Below, in pieces: positions 24,482 through 36,759 of a DNA stretch of 64,000 nt. The stretch is taken from the NCBI GenBank assembly GCA_028023455.1, contig JAQFVV010000010.1, positions 8,184,001 through 8,248,000 on the forward strand, given 5' to 3'. Each line of letters starts with the position of its first letter. Position 1 is the first letter of the stretch. A program made the translations under genes and the position numbers. Below the pieces are notes generated by a model. It searched no databases and had not been told where the DNA came from. It worked only from the letters and a program-made list of their open reading frames with translations. This DNA comes from Epiperipatus broadwayi (lineage: Eukaryota > Animalia > Onychophora).

Positions 24482-27400
24482 GACCCATGAACCACTGAAA
24501 ATATATACATAAAGTTCAATAATAAAATGACCATTGCCACACATACAGGAAGATAGGAACACAAGTATATAAAGATAAATGATAATTTATTGAGTCATCC
24601 ACATACATAATTAATATTAACAAATTTATTTTAGATATATGACTATGAGAATCCCCAGTTAATGATAACTGAGTATTTGATAATTTAAACCCAGTCACAA
24701 TAATTATTTATGTAAATTTAAATTGCAAAATCATATAAATAATATCTTAAAGCATGGGGAGATTACTGATTCCTAAATGGACTGAACTTTATACATGGAA
24801 TGTGGTTTTATTTATATAGAAAATATATTGCATTGATAGGCAATGCAATATGCACATACCCATGATTTTATTGTTACTACTTTTACAAAATTATAGAAGC
24901 TTGGATTATATATATTAGCCCATTTTAAAGAAGTTTCATTATATAACATCATTATTAAAAGAGGAATATTAAGTTAGCAGTGTGTCAAGTAATAATTTAG
25001 TTAGAACTAATAATTTATTTATATTGAATATTCTTAATAACAGCTTCGATTGCACATACGTTATATATATAATTTATAATGCACATTATAAATAAACAAC
25101 ATAATTTATAAATCAATTAAATAAATACACTTGCCATCCCTTCTTAAATTCTTACATAATTCTGAGAATTGACATATAAATCTCCTTGATACATGGGGGG
25201 GGGGGGGATAAGAAGAAATTTTAAGAAAATTTATATGTATTATTTTTGACTTTTAACATTTAAAAACTTTAGATCTGGCATTTTCTCAACTCATTCTATC
25301 CCTTGGGACATTGAGAGTCAAGATAAGTAAACAAAAATTTTAATGATTTAAGCTTTAATTAACTCCATCATTCAAGGTAATATGTAAACAAAAAGTTTTA
25401 ATCTGTTAAATAATTAAGCCAGCAGATTTAACATTTAAAATAAATAAAATATGTGATATATAAGGTTAAGACCACTTAAGAAATATTTATATAAGTTGAG
25501 TTATAGTTAAAGTATTTAAAATATAATTCAAACATTTACTGGCAAACTTCAGTGGTGGCTTTGGAACTTCTCTCTGCATAGACAGATAGATGAATGGTGA
25601 ATTTCAGACTGTCGTTGATATGGGAGGATGTGGATGGATATTCTTACATTTTAATGGAACTGTTGGATGCCACCTTCCCCATAATGACCGGAGAAGCTGA
25701 TGCCTGAGTACTTACTCATGATGGTAGGTATGGTTAACATAATCATTCTTCTTCTTAAGCAGGGTAACAAATATATCTTCTAGACTATATATTTTGTTTA
25801 ATAATAATTATCAGATTTAGAATAACTTTTAGACTAATATTAGAAAAATATTAGAACAATTTCAGAAAAATCTTAAAGAAGAATCTTAAAGATTAACCAA
25901 TGGCCTTTTGATGCTTATATATGTTATGTTATGCCTGGAGTTGTACCTCATGAGATTTCTTAATAGATTTTTGAACCATTTTTTCTAATTGCTGTTCCAT
26001 TAGTATTTTCATTTGCTCATATTTTCCTGCCACTGGTTTGTTTTCCTGAGCATTGTTTATAATTTTGCACTACAATACTTTGCAGTATATACAGGATGTG
26101 AAGGTGTTGAACTGTAACTATTTCTGCTGATTGCATGGATAGATAGGGAAATACAGCACTTACCCTTCCTTATTTAATGACTTTCAACCCCTCTCCCATT
26201 GTATTAAACATTTTTTGTTAATTGATTTTGCTTTTAAAATTCTTTTAATAAAATATATATATATATTTTTACTAAGTACTTTTTGTACTAAAATATAGCA
26301 TGATTAGAATAATCAGTTTTTAACATCGAAATTATATGCACACAGGCATGCATATTACAAATGGGTGTGGATATTCCTAAATAAATTATATAGGTTGAAT
26401 TAAATTAAACTTGAAGCAAGTATATCTGCATACAGATATATACCGCTTCAATATATCTATATCAGTCTTTAATTTCAGATATATGAAGCAAACAAAATAA
26501 GGAGATAAACAGCCTATAAATTTAAGCACAATAAAATCAACTTATTTAATGACATATAACTATGCACACATCATGTTAGACACACATATATTTGCTTACA
26601 TTAATAGTTTTTGAATATCTTTTGAGAGACACTAAATTTTAATTATGCTAAATTTAAACTATAAAAAAAGAGCAAAAAAATAACTAATCTTCTTACATTT
26701 CTTTTTTTAGAAACTTTTTCTTTTGGAGAAAGATCATTCTTAAACTAAATGTCAATTATATTAAAATTAATTTGTGATTATTAGCAACTATGGAAGTAAT
26801 TTTTACAAAACTTTTTCTTCAGGACAAAAAAAAAACTATTTTAAAAAACAAGATCAATTTCTTTTAAATCTTGAATGTTTAAAAATACAAACTAATTTAC
26901 CAATTAAATTTTTTAAAAGGAACTGCATCTGGTATCTTTAAAATAAAAATATTTAAAATACAATCAAAGCCTAAAATACTGAAATACATTAATATAAAAG
27001 ATAAATACACCAATACATAAAATCATCTAAATTAAATTATCAATATAACTGGTTGGTCTATTGGTAATGGAAGTTTAAAAATTTATAAAATAGTTCATAA
27101 AATAAATAAATTATTACATTTAAGTCCAAAAACATGGCTGGGTAGAAATTATTTCTTTTAGAAAAGTGGAATTTTATATACATATGTAGAGTGGTAAAAT
27201 AGACCTCTTCAATGATTTATAAATGAAGTCTTTCCATTTACTGGGTTCCAATCCTGGTAACAATCAGATGTTTTAAGATAGAATTCTTATAAAATTTTAT
27301 TTCCTGTTGAAAAATGCATCTGTTTAACTGCATATGTAAAGATAGTTAGATAATGTTGAATCAAATTTAGCAAGCAAGATTTGACATCCTGGTTATAGAT

Positions 27401-27581
27401 TTCATTCTGGAAAAAGTTTATTCAGGTTTATTAGTTACACATCTTGGTCTTTAAGTTGCCAATAAAGATTCAGTATTCATCATGTTAAGTACGTAAATGC
27501 AAAGAGTAAAAGAAAAACTAAGTTACTTTTAAAGCTATTCTTTTTGTTTTATTACTAACTTGACAAAACACATTTCCCCCT

Positions 27582-27735
27582 TTAATTAACAAACCCATAT
27601 GTTTACAAAATTCTTTAATTAAACAAGCCAGTAATTACTTTAATTACCCCTGTTTAAAAAAATTCTTTAATTAAACCAGCTCACATGTTTACACAATTAT
27701 TTAATTAAACAAACCCATATGTTTATACAATTCTT
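27582..27735. repeat. Degenerate minisatellite (~35-40-bp unit, ~4 copies)
   Basis: Repeated ttaattaaacaaacccatatgtttacaaaattc-like units. Confidence 0.7.
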
Positions 27736-28942
27736 ATAATATTATTACTGAAATTTAACGGTTTCAAAACTGGAAACAAAACTTAAAAGGAATTATTTTT
27801 TCTAGAATTTTGATACAAAATAATTGAGCAAAAGTTTTATAGCTTAATATTTAATCAAGTTTTGTTCCTACAACATAATTTTAAAGCAGATTTATTTGAA
27901 ATACAATTAGTTAAAATAAAGCAGTTCATTTATCTTTTTAGAACAAAAGTAAAATTGACTTAATTTGATTAAAACACAGACCTTTATCAATGTGTGCATT
28001 TATATAATATAAACCTATATGGAAAAAATAATCCAATTTGTGAACCCTAAATTTGATTATAATTTTCCAAATACTATTCATTTTTAAAATAAATTAAAAG
28101 TTAAGATATGTCACTATCTATCTCAATATATTTGCTAGCTATTTAATATATGTGTTCTGAAAATGATATTTAACACATCACTGCCTTTACTTATTTTAAA
28201 TTGTGATGAGTCAGTTTATTTCATGTTTATAATGAATTTCATCCATGGTACCTTTTTTTAAGTATTCATTGCAATGGTTACCACAATACTGATTATATTT
28301 TAATGATATTTTTGTTTGATTTATCTTTATGAGAGCTTGACAATCATGTGTACGTTAGTTGATTCCTAAAATGCAAATTTTAAATATTCAATTCAATTTT
28401 ATTAAGCATGTAACAACAAGCTAATAATAATCCTTTTCAAACCAAGAATTATTATACATTCACTTAAAAAAATCATGAAAATTCAAATGAAATATATCAG
28501 TATCCAAAAATATTTTACACATGGGCATTTTAATCATGGCAGATATCAGTCAATTATGATTATATTTTTAAATATAAAATAAAACGTTATTTTTAATTAT
28601 AGTAGGAATTCTATAATTTATATATTGAATGAATTCTAATAAATCATACTGATATGGAACAATTCTCTCAAAAAGATTAATATCATTCAACATTTTTTTT
28701 TTTTCATATATTTTTCACTACACACAGGTAACTGTAAACATACATATTTAAAGTACATTTTAATTTAGTAAACATACAGTGATTTTAAGTTTTTATTTAT
28801 TAATATTTAATAAATTAATAAAAGAGAAAATATGTGTAGTACATTTATGTAGAGGGTATACTGTATATTCGCTAGTAGTACAATATATATATATATGTAA
28901 TAAATAAAGTTTGATATCTGTATTCGTTTCACAATATATGTA

Positions 28943-29141
28943 ATATACAAATCAATATATATATCAAAATACAGTACAATTTATATAAATTATATTCTTT
29001 TAGAAGTACTTTCGACTATACACTTTGTAGTCTTTATCAACGTTATATAGTTGATAAAGACTACAAAGTGTATAGTCGAAAGTACTTCTAAAAGAATATA
29101 ATTTATATAAATTGTACTGTATTTTGATATATATATTGATT

Positions 29142-29148
<7 letters not shown>
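28943..29148. repeat. Perfect 99-bp inverted repeat with 8-bp spacer
   Basis: 28943-29041 is the exact reverse complement of 29050-29148 (checked base by base). Spacer gttatata. Confidence 0.97.

Positions 29149-29208
<60 letters not shown>
29144..29208. repeat. (TA)n microsatellite at the RTE 3' junction
   Basis: Uninterrupted TA run. Confidence 0.98.
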
Positions 29209-29210
<2 letters not shown>

Positions 29211-29219
29211 TCATCATTA

Positions 29220-32207
29220 TTAACCATTATCAATCCACTGCAGGATGAAGGTCTCTCCAAGTTTAATCCATCTTCTCCGATCTTTAGCTTCTCTTCTCCA
29301 CATCACCCCTACACATTTTCTTATTTCATCCATCCACCTTACATGTGGTCTCCTTCTAGGTCTTTTACAATCTCTTGGAATCCAGGTTAAAATTTCAATT
29401 GTCCATCTATTATCATCTCTTCTAGCAATATGTCCAGCCCAACTCCACTTCAATCTTTTAATTTTTTCAATGAGGTCAGTAACACCTGTTTGTTCTCTTA
29501 CCCATACATTGCGTTTTCGATCTCTTCTTGTTACTCCCAACATACATCTCTCCATACTTCTTTGAGTGGTCTGAAGTCTCTGTATTGATCTTCTATTAAG
29601 TATCCAAGTCTCAGATCCATAAGTAAGAACTGGTAAAACACATTTGTTAAAAACCTTTCTTTTCAAACACATAGGCATATTTCCTTTTAATATCAAGTTA
29701 TTTCTACCAAAAGCACTCCAACCAAGTTTAATTCTATGATTAATTTCCTCTATTATGTTTCCATCTGTATTAATAATCTGACCAAGGTATTTGTAACTGT
29801 TAACTTCTTCTAATTCATCATAATCAATCTTTATTTTCATATTTTGAGCAAATCGATTAAACATTACTTTAGTCTTTTTAACATTTATCTTTAGTCCTAC
29901 TTTCCTACTTTCATCTGATAACTCCTGCAACATTTCCTGCAGCTCGAAAGCATTATTTGCAAAAACAACTACATCATCTGCGAAATCTAAATGACTTAAA
30001 TAATCTCCATTTACTTTCACTCCTTTAGTTTCCCATTTTAATCCACAAAATACTTCTTGCAGCACTGCTGTAAAAAGTTTTGGAGATATGGAGTCACCTT
30101 GTCTTACACCTTTCTCAATGTTGACTTTCCCAGTATCATTATGTAATCTAATTGTTGCTGTTGCATTTTTATAAATATTCTTTAAAATATGACAATATCC
30201 TGGATCTATACCTTGATGATCCAATGCTTTAATCACTGAAGAAATGTTTATAGAATCAAATGCCTTTTCATAATCTACAAATCCAAAACATAATGACAAC
30301 TCATATTCATTTGTCCTTTCTATAACTTCTCTCAATACTTGAATATGATCTACTGTACTAAAACCACTTTTAAATCCAGCTTGTTCTCTTGGTTGGTGAA
30401 AATCCAAGGTTCTCTGTAGACGAGTTGTAATTATCTTGGTAAAAATTTTATATAAAACTGATAAAAGGCTGATAGGTCTGTAATTTCTAATATCTTCTTT
30501 ATCACCTTTTTTAAATATTAATATTATTACTGCATTCTTCCAATCATCCGGTACATCTTTATCATTTAGACATTTGGTATATAACTTTGCTAATATTTTT
30601 TCTGTTTCTTCACCTGCTTCTTTTAATATATCAATTATAATTCCATCATTACCGGGAGCCTTTCCTTTTTTCATACATTTAATTGCATTTCTCACTTCTT
30701 CATTTAAAATTCTGGGCAATTCGGAAGATGTAATAGATATAGGAGGTACTTGTTCTTTATTACTATATAATTCTTGATAAAAATCTTCTACCAATTTCAT
30801 AATGTCATCCCTCTTTTTAGTAATAATTCCATCTTTTTTCCTTATTGCAGATATAAATTTCCTACCAATATCAAAATGTTGTTTTACATTCTTAAGACTT
30901 TTATTTTCTTCTACAGCTTTTCTTGCTAGTTCACAGTTATACTTTCTTATATCATTTTCAACTCTTTTCCGCACCATTTTACAAAATTCGAGATATTCAA
31001 TTCTTTTTAATGCATCATTCTTGCATATCTTCATATTCCTTCTTTTCTTCATAAGTTCTCTAGTCTCAGTAGAAATTTTATTAGTCAATTGCTGCTTTTT
31101 TCTACCAGCTATCTTTGTTGCAGTTTTTAAAAGTGTATCAGTTATTTTTATATTAATTTCATTCAAATCTGAATCATGTTCAAAATCTACTAATACTTGA
31201 AACCGATTTGTAAGTTCTAATTTAAATTCATTAGAATGTTTCTGAAGATTAGGAATATCAACTGTAAATATGGTTTTTCTTAATAATTTTTGTCTCTCTA
31301 GTTTTACATTAACATGTATCTTACCCCTTACTAATCGATGATCACTTCCTGTGTTAAATTTATTAAGAACATTACAATCTTGAAATATGTATTTCCTGTT
31401 AGTCAAAATATAATCCAATTCTGCTGTACCTTCATTTGGATGCTTCCATGTCCATTTCCTTCTAACATTTTTCTCAAAAAAAGAATTCATAATATAAAGT
31501 TTTTCCTTCTCTGCAAACTCCACAAGTCTATGTCCTCTGTCATTTCTATTACCATAACCAAAATTACCTACAACACTTTCATCTTTCATTTGTTTACCAA
31601 TTCTAGCATTAAAATCTCCCATAACAATTTTAAAATGTTGTTTACTCTGATCAAAAGCCTTTTGTACATCCATATAAAAATCTTCTACTACTTCATCACT
31701 GTGAGAACTTGTTGGGGCATAAACCTGAATTATCTGCATTTGATATCTGCTATTAAGTTGTATAACTAATCTTGCCACTCTGTCTGATACACCATCAATC
31801 TCCACAATATTGTTCTTCCACTTTTTATTTATAATGAATCCTACTCCACTTGTATTTCCAATATTTGTGCCTTTATAATAGAGCATATGTCCACTTTTTA
31901 AATCAATTGTCTCTTCACCTTTTCTTCTAACTTCACAAAGTCCAATAATATCCCATTTAATATAAGAGAGTTCTTCTTCTAATTCTTGCAATCTTCCTTC
32001 ACTTGAAAGTGATCTGCAGTTGTAAGTACCTAAATAAAAAGTCGTCATCAAATGGCAGCCTGGGTCCGCCTCCAGGATATTCTTAGCACCCTCCGCCTTC
32101 GGCCACCAACGGCTGCCTTGGTTGGTGACTTTACAGCCTCCTGGGATTAAGGGCCATGCTTTATTTTTGTCTGTCATAATTGTATAATTGGGAAAAATCT
32201 TTATCAT
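29220..32207 (-). CDS. RTE ORF: AP-like endonuclease plus reverse transcriptase, 995 aa, uninterrupted
   Basis: APE motifs [33 protein letters not shown]; RT motifs [25 protein letters not shown]; RTE-type C-terminus [11 protein letters not shown]...RW. Confidence 0.97.
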   Translation of the reverse strand: MIKIFPNYTIMTDKNKAWPLIPGGCKVTNQGSRWWPKAEGAKNILEADPGCHLMTTFYLGTYNCRSLSSEGRLQELEEELSYIKWDIIGLCEVRRKGEETIDLKSGHMLYYKGTNIGNTSGVGFIINKKWKNNIVEIDGVSDRVARLVIQLNSRYQMQIIQVYAPTSSHSDEVVEDFYMDVQKAFDQSKQHFKIVMGDFNARIGKQMKDESVVGNFGYGNRNDRGHRLVEFAEKEKLYIMNSFFEKNVRRKWTWKHPNEGTAELDYILTNRKYIFQDCNVLNKFNTGSDHRLVRGKIHVNVKLERQKLLRKTIFTVDIPNLQKHSNEFKLELTNRFQVLVDFEHDSDLNEINIKITDTLLKTATKIAGRKKQQLTNKISTETRELMKKRRNMKICKNDALKRIEYLEFCKMVRKRVENDIRKYNCELARKAVEENKSLKNVKQHFDIGRKFISAIRKKDGIITKKRDDIMKLVEDFYQELYSNKEQVPPISITSSELPRILNEEVRNAIKCMKKGKAPGNDGIIIDILKEAGEETEKILAKLYTKCLNDKDVPDDWKNAVIILIFKKGDKEDIRNYRPISLLSVLYKIFTKIITTRLQRTLDFHQPREQAGFKSGFSTVDHIQVLREVIERTNEYELSLCFGFVDYEKAFDSINISSVIKALDHQGIDPGYCHILKNIYKNATATIRLHNDTGKVNIEKGVRQGDSISPKLFTAVLQEVFCGLKWETKGVKVNGDYLSHLDFADDVVVFANNAFELQEMLQELSDESRKVGLKINVKKTKVMFNRFAQNMKIKIDYDELEEVNSYKYLGQIINTDGNIIEEINHRIKLGWSAFGRNNLILKGNMPMCLKRKVFNKCVLPVLTYGSETWILNRRSIQRLQTTQRSMERCMLGVTRRDRKRNVWVREQTGVTDLIEKIKRLKWSWAGHIARRDDNRWTIEILTWIPRDCKRPRRRPHVRWMDEIRKCVGVMWRREAKDRRRWIKLGETFILQWIDNG

Positions 32208-32336
32208 TTACACAAACATTCATTCTGCCTTATCAGGCACTGAGAAGAAAGACCATGGTGTTTCTTGATCTTAAACTCAAAGGTAAAATGCCAATAAACT
32301 TACCACGCTGGCTAATGCGTGTTGGTGAGCAGCCCA

Positions 32337-32497
32337 TCCATGTTCGTATACTATATGAATAAACATATAGTAATAACAGCTGCAACGACAAGAACGTATG
32401 GAGTGGACATTAGGAATTTGCCCTGCTCGGTTCCTTTAAGGCCTCCAAGAGGAATCAAAGGGTCTCCTTTCAGTTAATAGCAAACTCCTTTCTGCAG

Positions 32498-32499
<2 letters not shown>
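32337..32499 (-). ncRNA. HDV-like (CPEB3-type) self-cleaving ribozyme in the RTE 5' UTR
   Basis: P1 GGCTGCA(32499-32493)/TGCAGCT(32384-32378) with G1.U; 90-nt J1/2; P2 TCCAT/ATGGA; P3 ACG/CGT; L3 TTCTTGT; G32377 for P1.1; P4 TACTATATG/CATATAGTA (9 bp); J4/2 A-C(32346)-GAA. G1 coincides with the element's 5' boundary. Confidence 0.85.

Positions 32500-32561
<62 letters not shown>
32500..32561. repeat. (TA)n microsatellite at the RTE 5' junction
   Basis: Uninterrupted TA run of ~62 bp. Confidence 0.98.
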
Positions 32562-32564
<3 letters not shown>

Positions 32565-32765
32565 TGTAATTATAACTGTCTACTGCAGGATGAAGATGTT
32601 TTCCAAATTTAATTCAGTTTCTCTAATTTATAGCTTTTTTCCTCATCATGTTGCAAATGTTCATATTTCATTAATCTCTATCATGGTATTTTTTGAGCTC
32701 TTTACAAATTTTGGGATTCTGTTTAAATTTTAGTTATTCATCTAGTACCATCTTATCTAACAATA
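32562..32765 (-). mobile_element. Old 5'-truncated RTE 3'-end fragment
   Basis: ctactgcaggatgaagatgttttccaaatttaattc... aligns with the RTE 3' end at 29225-29430; heavily diverged. Confidence 0.75.
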
Positions 32766-32850
32766 TTTTATTTATACAAATTATAATAAAAATAACATTT
32801 CTTTTATGTAATATGCACACACACAAATATCAGATTATAACTTAATTTAC

Positions 32851-33004
32851 CTGCACTGTTGTTTCCACCATAACCATTTTTACCTTCTGGTGATAGATCT
32901 AAGTTCTGACCATCACTTAGATTAATATTCGATAGTCTGGAATATGACATTCCACCTCCACCACCGGCCACAACAAGAAGAGTAATTTTTCCTTTTTTAT
33001 TTTT
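32851..33004 (-). CDS. Alk: Internal exon of an ALK/LTK-type receptor tyrosine kinase (glycine-rich extracellular domain)
   Basis: tatacag|AAA AAT...AGT GCA G|gtaaatt; 154 bp, phase 0 to phase 1. Encodes KNKKGKITLLVVAGGGGGMSYSRLSNINLSDGQNLDLSPEGKNGYGGNNSA(G), resembling ALK ...VPLIIAAGGGGRAY...GLNGNSGAA(G). Orthology is recognised from memory; a stand-alone Gly-rich-domain gene cannot be excluded. Confidence 0.75.
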
Positions 33005-33800
33005 CTGTATATAACATACAATCAAATTATAAAAATTAGTGAGCTGTTATATAAAAATAATTAATATTATATATTGATGTATTATAAAGTATATGTATAA
33101 TAATACTGATATGAGTTCCTTAAAGTTTGTAATGTGTCTAAACATTAAGAATACAAAATAATATGCATCTTAAAAAATATAAATAATGAAAAACTTTTTT
33201 GAAAATAATAAAATGTTATTGATTAATTATAATATTGAATCATTTTTTCTATTTACATTAAAATCAGATTTTAATGATATAATAGAATATATTCTAAACA
33301 TCATTAGAACTTGCGATTTTGTAATGATATTTTAATACAATACCAAAACTGTTGCTGCTTTTCTGTGATAATTTTATAAACACTGAGAAAAAATTGACAT
33401 ACAATTTAGTAATGTATATATCAAAACAAAAATTCTCAGGAACTAAAGATATAAATGCCATATTATCTCATTTCATCTGTATATAATTTATTATATCAAA
33501 AATATACACCGACATTCTGATTGGGTCACTCTGATCTCTACATAGCATCTTTAATTATGTATCATATAATATAACCTTTTATTTGCAATAAATATGCTTT
33601 AAAATGTTGATGTATAAAAATTTTGAAAGTTATATAAAAAAAAAAAGCAGGTAAAAGTAATAAAAAAAAAACAAAAAAATTATTTAGATTAACGATTTTT
33701 TAAAAAATATTTAAATAGATAATTTACATGTATCATCATATTCGTTGACACAATCTGACCTTTTAAGCATCTCAATGGCTTCTCTTATCTTACATTATAG

Positions 33801-34075
33801 ATGACCTGGGCCCATATCGTGGAATGAGAGTGCTGCCGATACGTGCTGCTTAACTCTATTAATGTGGTCATATCTTCTAAAAGTGATGATTTCTCATATT
33901 CACATAAGAAGCTTTACAGATGTACATGAAGTTTACAACATTTTATATGCCATCTGTAAAACTTCTTACGTAGATTGACCAATCATCACATTAGTCCTAA
34001 AAATATAAACATATTAATGCAGTTAAGCAACACTCATCATCATTAACATCACTCCATGCTATTGACACAGGTCAT
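33801..34075. mobile_element. ~275-bp imperfect hairpin (MITE-like)
   Basis: atgacctg...caggtcat ends; internal arms gctgcttaact / agttaagcaac and aagaagctttacagatg / catctgtaaaacttctt. Confidence 0.7.
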
Positions 34076-34427
34076 AGTATTAATTTCTCTAATCCCAGAA
34101 TCCTTTTCAAATGTGTCACTCTCCTCCAACATCAGAGCAGAGAAGCCATTGGGGTTCTTAAAAAGCCAGACCTATCAACAATCATGATGATGCATGTTAA
34201 TTACCTTTTACTTGAACCTTTTTTTAAAAGCCGTTAATCTAAATAGTTTCTAATTTTTATTATTTCTATCTGTTTTCTATTGATATTATTGTATATACAC
34301 TAATGTTTACAATGCTTCTACAACTGTTCTTTTAATATTCATTACCCAGTTAATGTGACCCAGTTAAAATACCAGTATATATTTTTAATACAATAAGTTA
34401 TCCATGGATGAACCCATGTAATATGTC

Positions 34428-34430
<3 letters not shown>

Positions 34431-34479
<49 letters not shown>

Positions 34480-34480
34480 C

Positions 34481-34510
<30 letters not shown>
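34431..34510. repeat. Interrupted (TA)n microsatellite
   Basis: Two TA runs separated by tgacatat. Confidence 0.95.
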
Positions 34511-34514
<4 letters not shown>

Positions 34515-34856
34515 AACCATTGATATCTGAGTGCGGCCTATATTAGTTATATTGAAACATGGCATAAAAATAAAAAGATAGAAAAAAAGTACAAACTACT
34601 TTATTATGTGCCATTGGAATATACTGCCTAAAATAAAGTTGATATATGCATTTGACAATAATATTTATTGTGACTGTGAAGAGCAATCTATGCATAAACA
34701 TATATGAGTTATTAAAGATTTGGAGAACAATGTCTATGTTTGTACACTCACATATGTCATAAATTAGAGAAATTGCTCACGAGAAAAAAATAAAAAAGTA
34801 TTAATATACATTTTCCTTGTATTGTATATTTATGGGTAATGTTATCAATCACTTAC

Positions 34857-34882
34857 CTTGTAATATATGAGCAGAAATGAAT
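34857..34882 (-). CDS. Candidate 26-nt micro-exon of the ALK-like gene
   Basis: ttttatttttctcttttttacag|ATTCATTTCTGCTCATATATTACAAG|gtaagtg. The frame xAT-TCA-TTT-CTG-CTC-ATA-TAT-TAC-AAG (SFLLIYYK) ends in phase 0, compatible with the exon starting at 33004. Confidence 0.4.
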
Positions 34883-36008
34883 CTGTAAAAAAGAGAAAAA
34901 TAAAATGCTAGTGATTGTGAATAAATTTTAAAATGCGAATCGATTTAAAATGCATAGTTTATAAAATTTCAAGGCATTTTGAGATTTTTTTGATTTTATC
35001 CGTTCTGAATTGATTTATAAATAAAATCTTGTTGATTCCTATAATAAATATAACGTTAAATTCAAATTTAAGTTTAAAAATTAGGAATTAATGATATCCG
35101 TAAAATTAGAAATAAAAAAAAGAAAAGTCGAAGAAGAATTTTATATCTTCCTGCATTGGAACGGGAGTAGATAAAGAAAAGAAAGCAAACAGGTATTTCT
35201 TTTTTCTTTCATTATAAAATATTATAATATTGTATACAAGTTTATTTCCCTCACATGTTTTAGAAAAGGGCAATGGAACATGTTTTACTCTGGACCTGAT
35301 ATTTTAGAATGGTCTACATTAAGGTTTGAGTGACAGATAATGAAAAAATATATGGATGGTTTACATTATGGATTAATTGGTGGCAAATGATAAAGACAGG
35401 AGATAGAAAGATAACAGAGATGTATAAAAAGGGGCCATTCAAAATTCATACAGAATGCAGACATTCATTCTGATGTTTATTTTGTTGATAATATTCAATG
35501 AGAAAGCTATTCTAATTGCAAGTGCAGTTTGTATTGAAATAGTTGCTAGAGAAGGAAATTGCAATGCCTAGGACAACAGGTATTGAACACAATAAAATGA
35601 TTTTCAATACTCATAGTCATAACAGCTATAAGAATGTTTTATTTCAGTAGTCTATTATTTACTATACAGGGCTACGCAACAAGTAACATTAGTCGAATGA
35701 CCCTGAGTATGCAGTCCAATCTAGTAAATAATGTGGAACGAGATTGCTATAACATCTAACATGTCAATAAATCCATGCTACTAAATTACTGAAGACTTAT
35801 TGATATTCTACATGCAATATATCCACATACTGATATAATTACAATTCAAGTATCCAGCATATAAGGGGAAGAAATTTACTTTTCAAAGAGAGTTATGAAG
35901 ACGACTGTAATTATGGAAAAAAAAGATATATAAAAACTAATGATTTAGGACTTTAGATATTTTGATTGGTAAAATATTAACATATATTAATTATTGTGAT
36001 ACGTTATA

Positions 36009-36250
36009 TTTTATATCTGCAGCTGGATTCATTAATATAGACTTAAAACTAAAAATATATTAATTGTTGTGGTAAATGTTATTTTATATCTGTGGTTGGA
36101 ATTGCTAATATAGACTTAAAATTGAAAATGTATTAACTGTTGTGACACTTTCATTTATAACTAGATTTGGAATCATGAGTATAGACTTAAAAACTAAAAA
36201 TATATTAATTGTTGTGATGTGCTTGATTTTATATCTACATTTGGTATCAC
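36009..36250. repeat. Tandem repeat, ~73-bp unit x ~3.3
   Basis: ttttatatct...tatagacttaaaactaaaaatatattaattgttgtg recurs at ~36009, 36082, 36153 and 36227. Confidence 0.85.
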
Positions 36251-36759
36251 GATGTAAACAACTTATGTATGTTTTGTTAATAAATGGTTAAATTATTGTT
36301 TTGTCAATTCAGTTGTTTGCTTATAATTAAGTTAAACATTATAACTTCAACACACATATGTTAGTTTATAAATCATCCACAACTCTGTGATAATAGGTGA
36401 AATACTGTGAATACGATGGAGGGTTATGATAATAATTGGCAGTGATGATTATTGTTATTTCATTAGTAAACTTTCTCTGTTGAGAAGGTTGAATTCAGTC
36501 ACTATAATTTGGTAGACTTCAGGCATGTGATCTAATACACATATATATGGGCTATGAAACATTGTAAAGCAGGTCCTTTATTCTATGTAAATTCAAACTC
36601 TACCATAGTAACATTAGCAGCAGTTTTACTTTTTGGTTTCCATTATAACTTCATAATAATAATGTTGTATACATGATTATAAGTCATGAATGATTCAAAT
36701 CCACCTTTTTATAGTATTTCATGGAATTTAAAAAAACAATTAATATATAGGGTATATGA

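Larger units (their letters stand above)
29209..32499 (-). mobile_element. Full-length RTE-clade non-LTR retrotransposon (~3.29 kb)
   Basis: ~290-bp 5' UTR, single APE-RT ORF, stop codon followed directly by a TAA(TGA)3 tail; bounded on both sides by (TA)n. Confidence 0.95.

Noticed and set aside
25195-25207. Poly-G run as a G-quadruplex or Gly-rich exon
   Set aside because: Simple homopolymer without splice sites or reading-frame context.
25600-25706. Possible next ALK exon (GISFSGHYGEGG...) in phase 1
   Set aside because: No polypyrimidine tract, an in-frame stop after 17 codons, and no GGGGW motif.
28990-29390. ORFs containing IYIYIY runs
   Set aside because: Translation of the (TA)n microsatellite and the palindrome.
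29245-31769. Plus-strand ORFs of 67-143 aa (29245, 30574, 30802, 31338), and similarly 38790-41370
   Set aside because: Antisense shadows of the RTE coding frame with no independent motifs.
36009-36250. CRISPR-like array (also 27582-27735 and 54165-54260)
   Set aside because: Units are contiguous and degenerate with no unique spacers; eukaryotic context and no cas genes.
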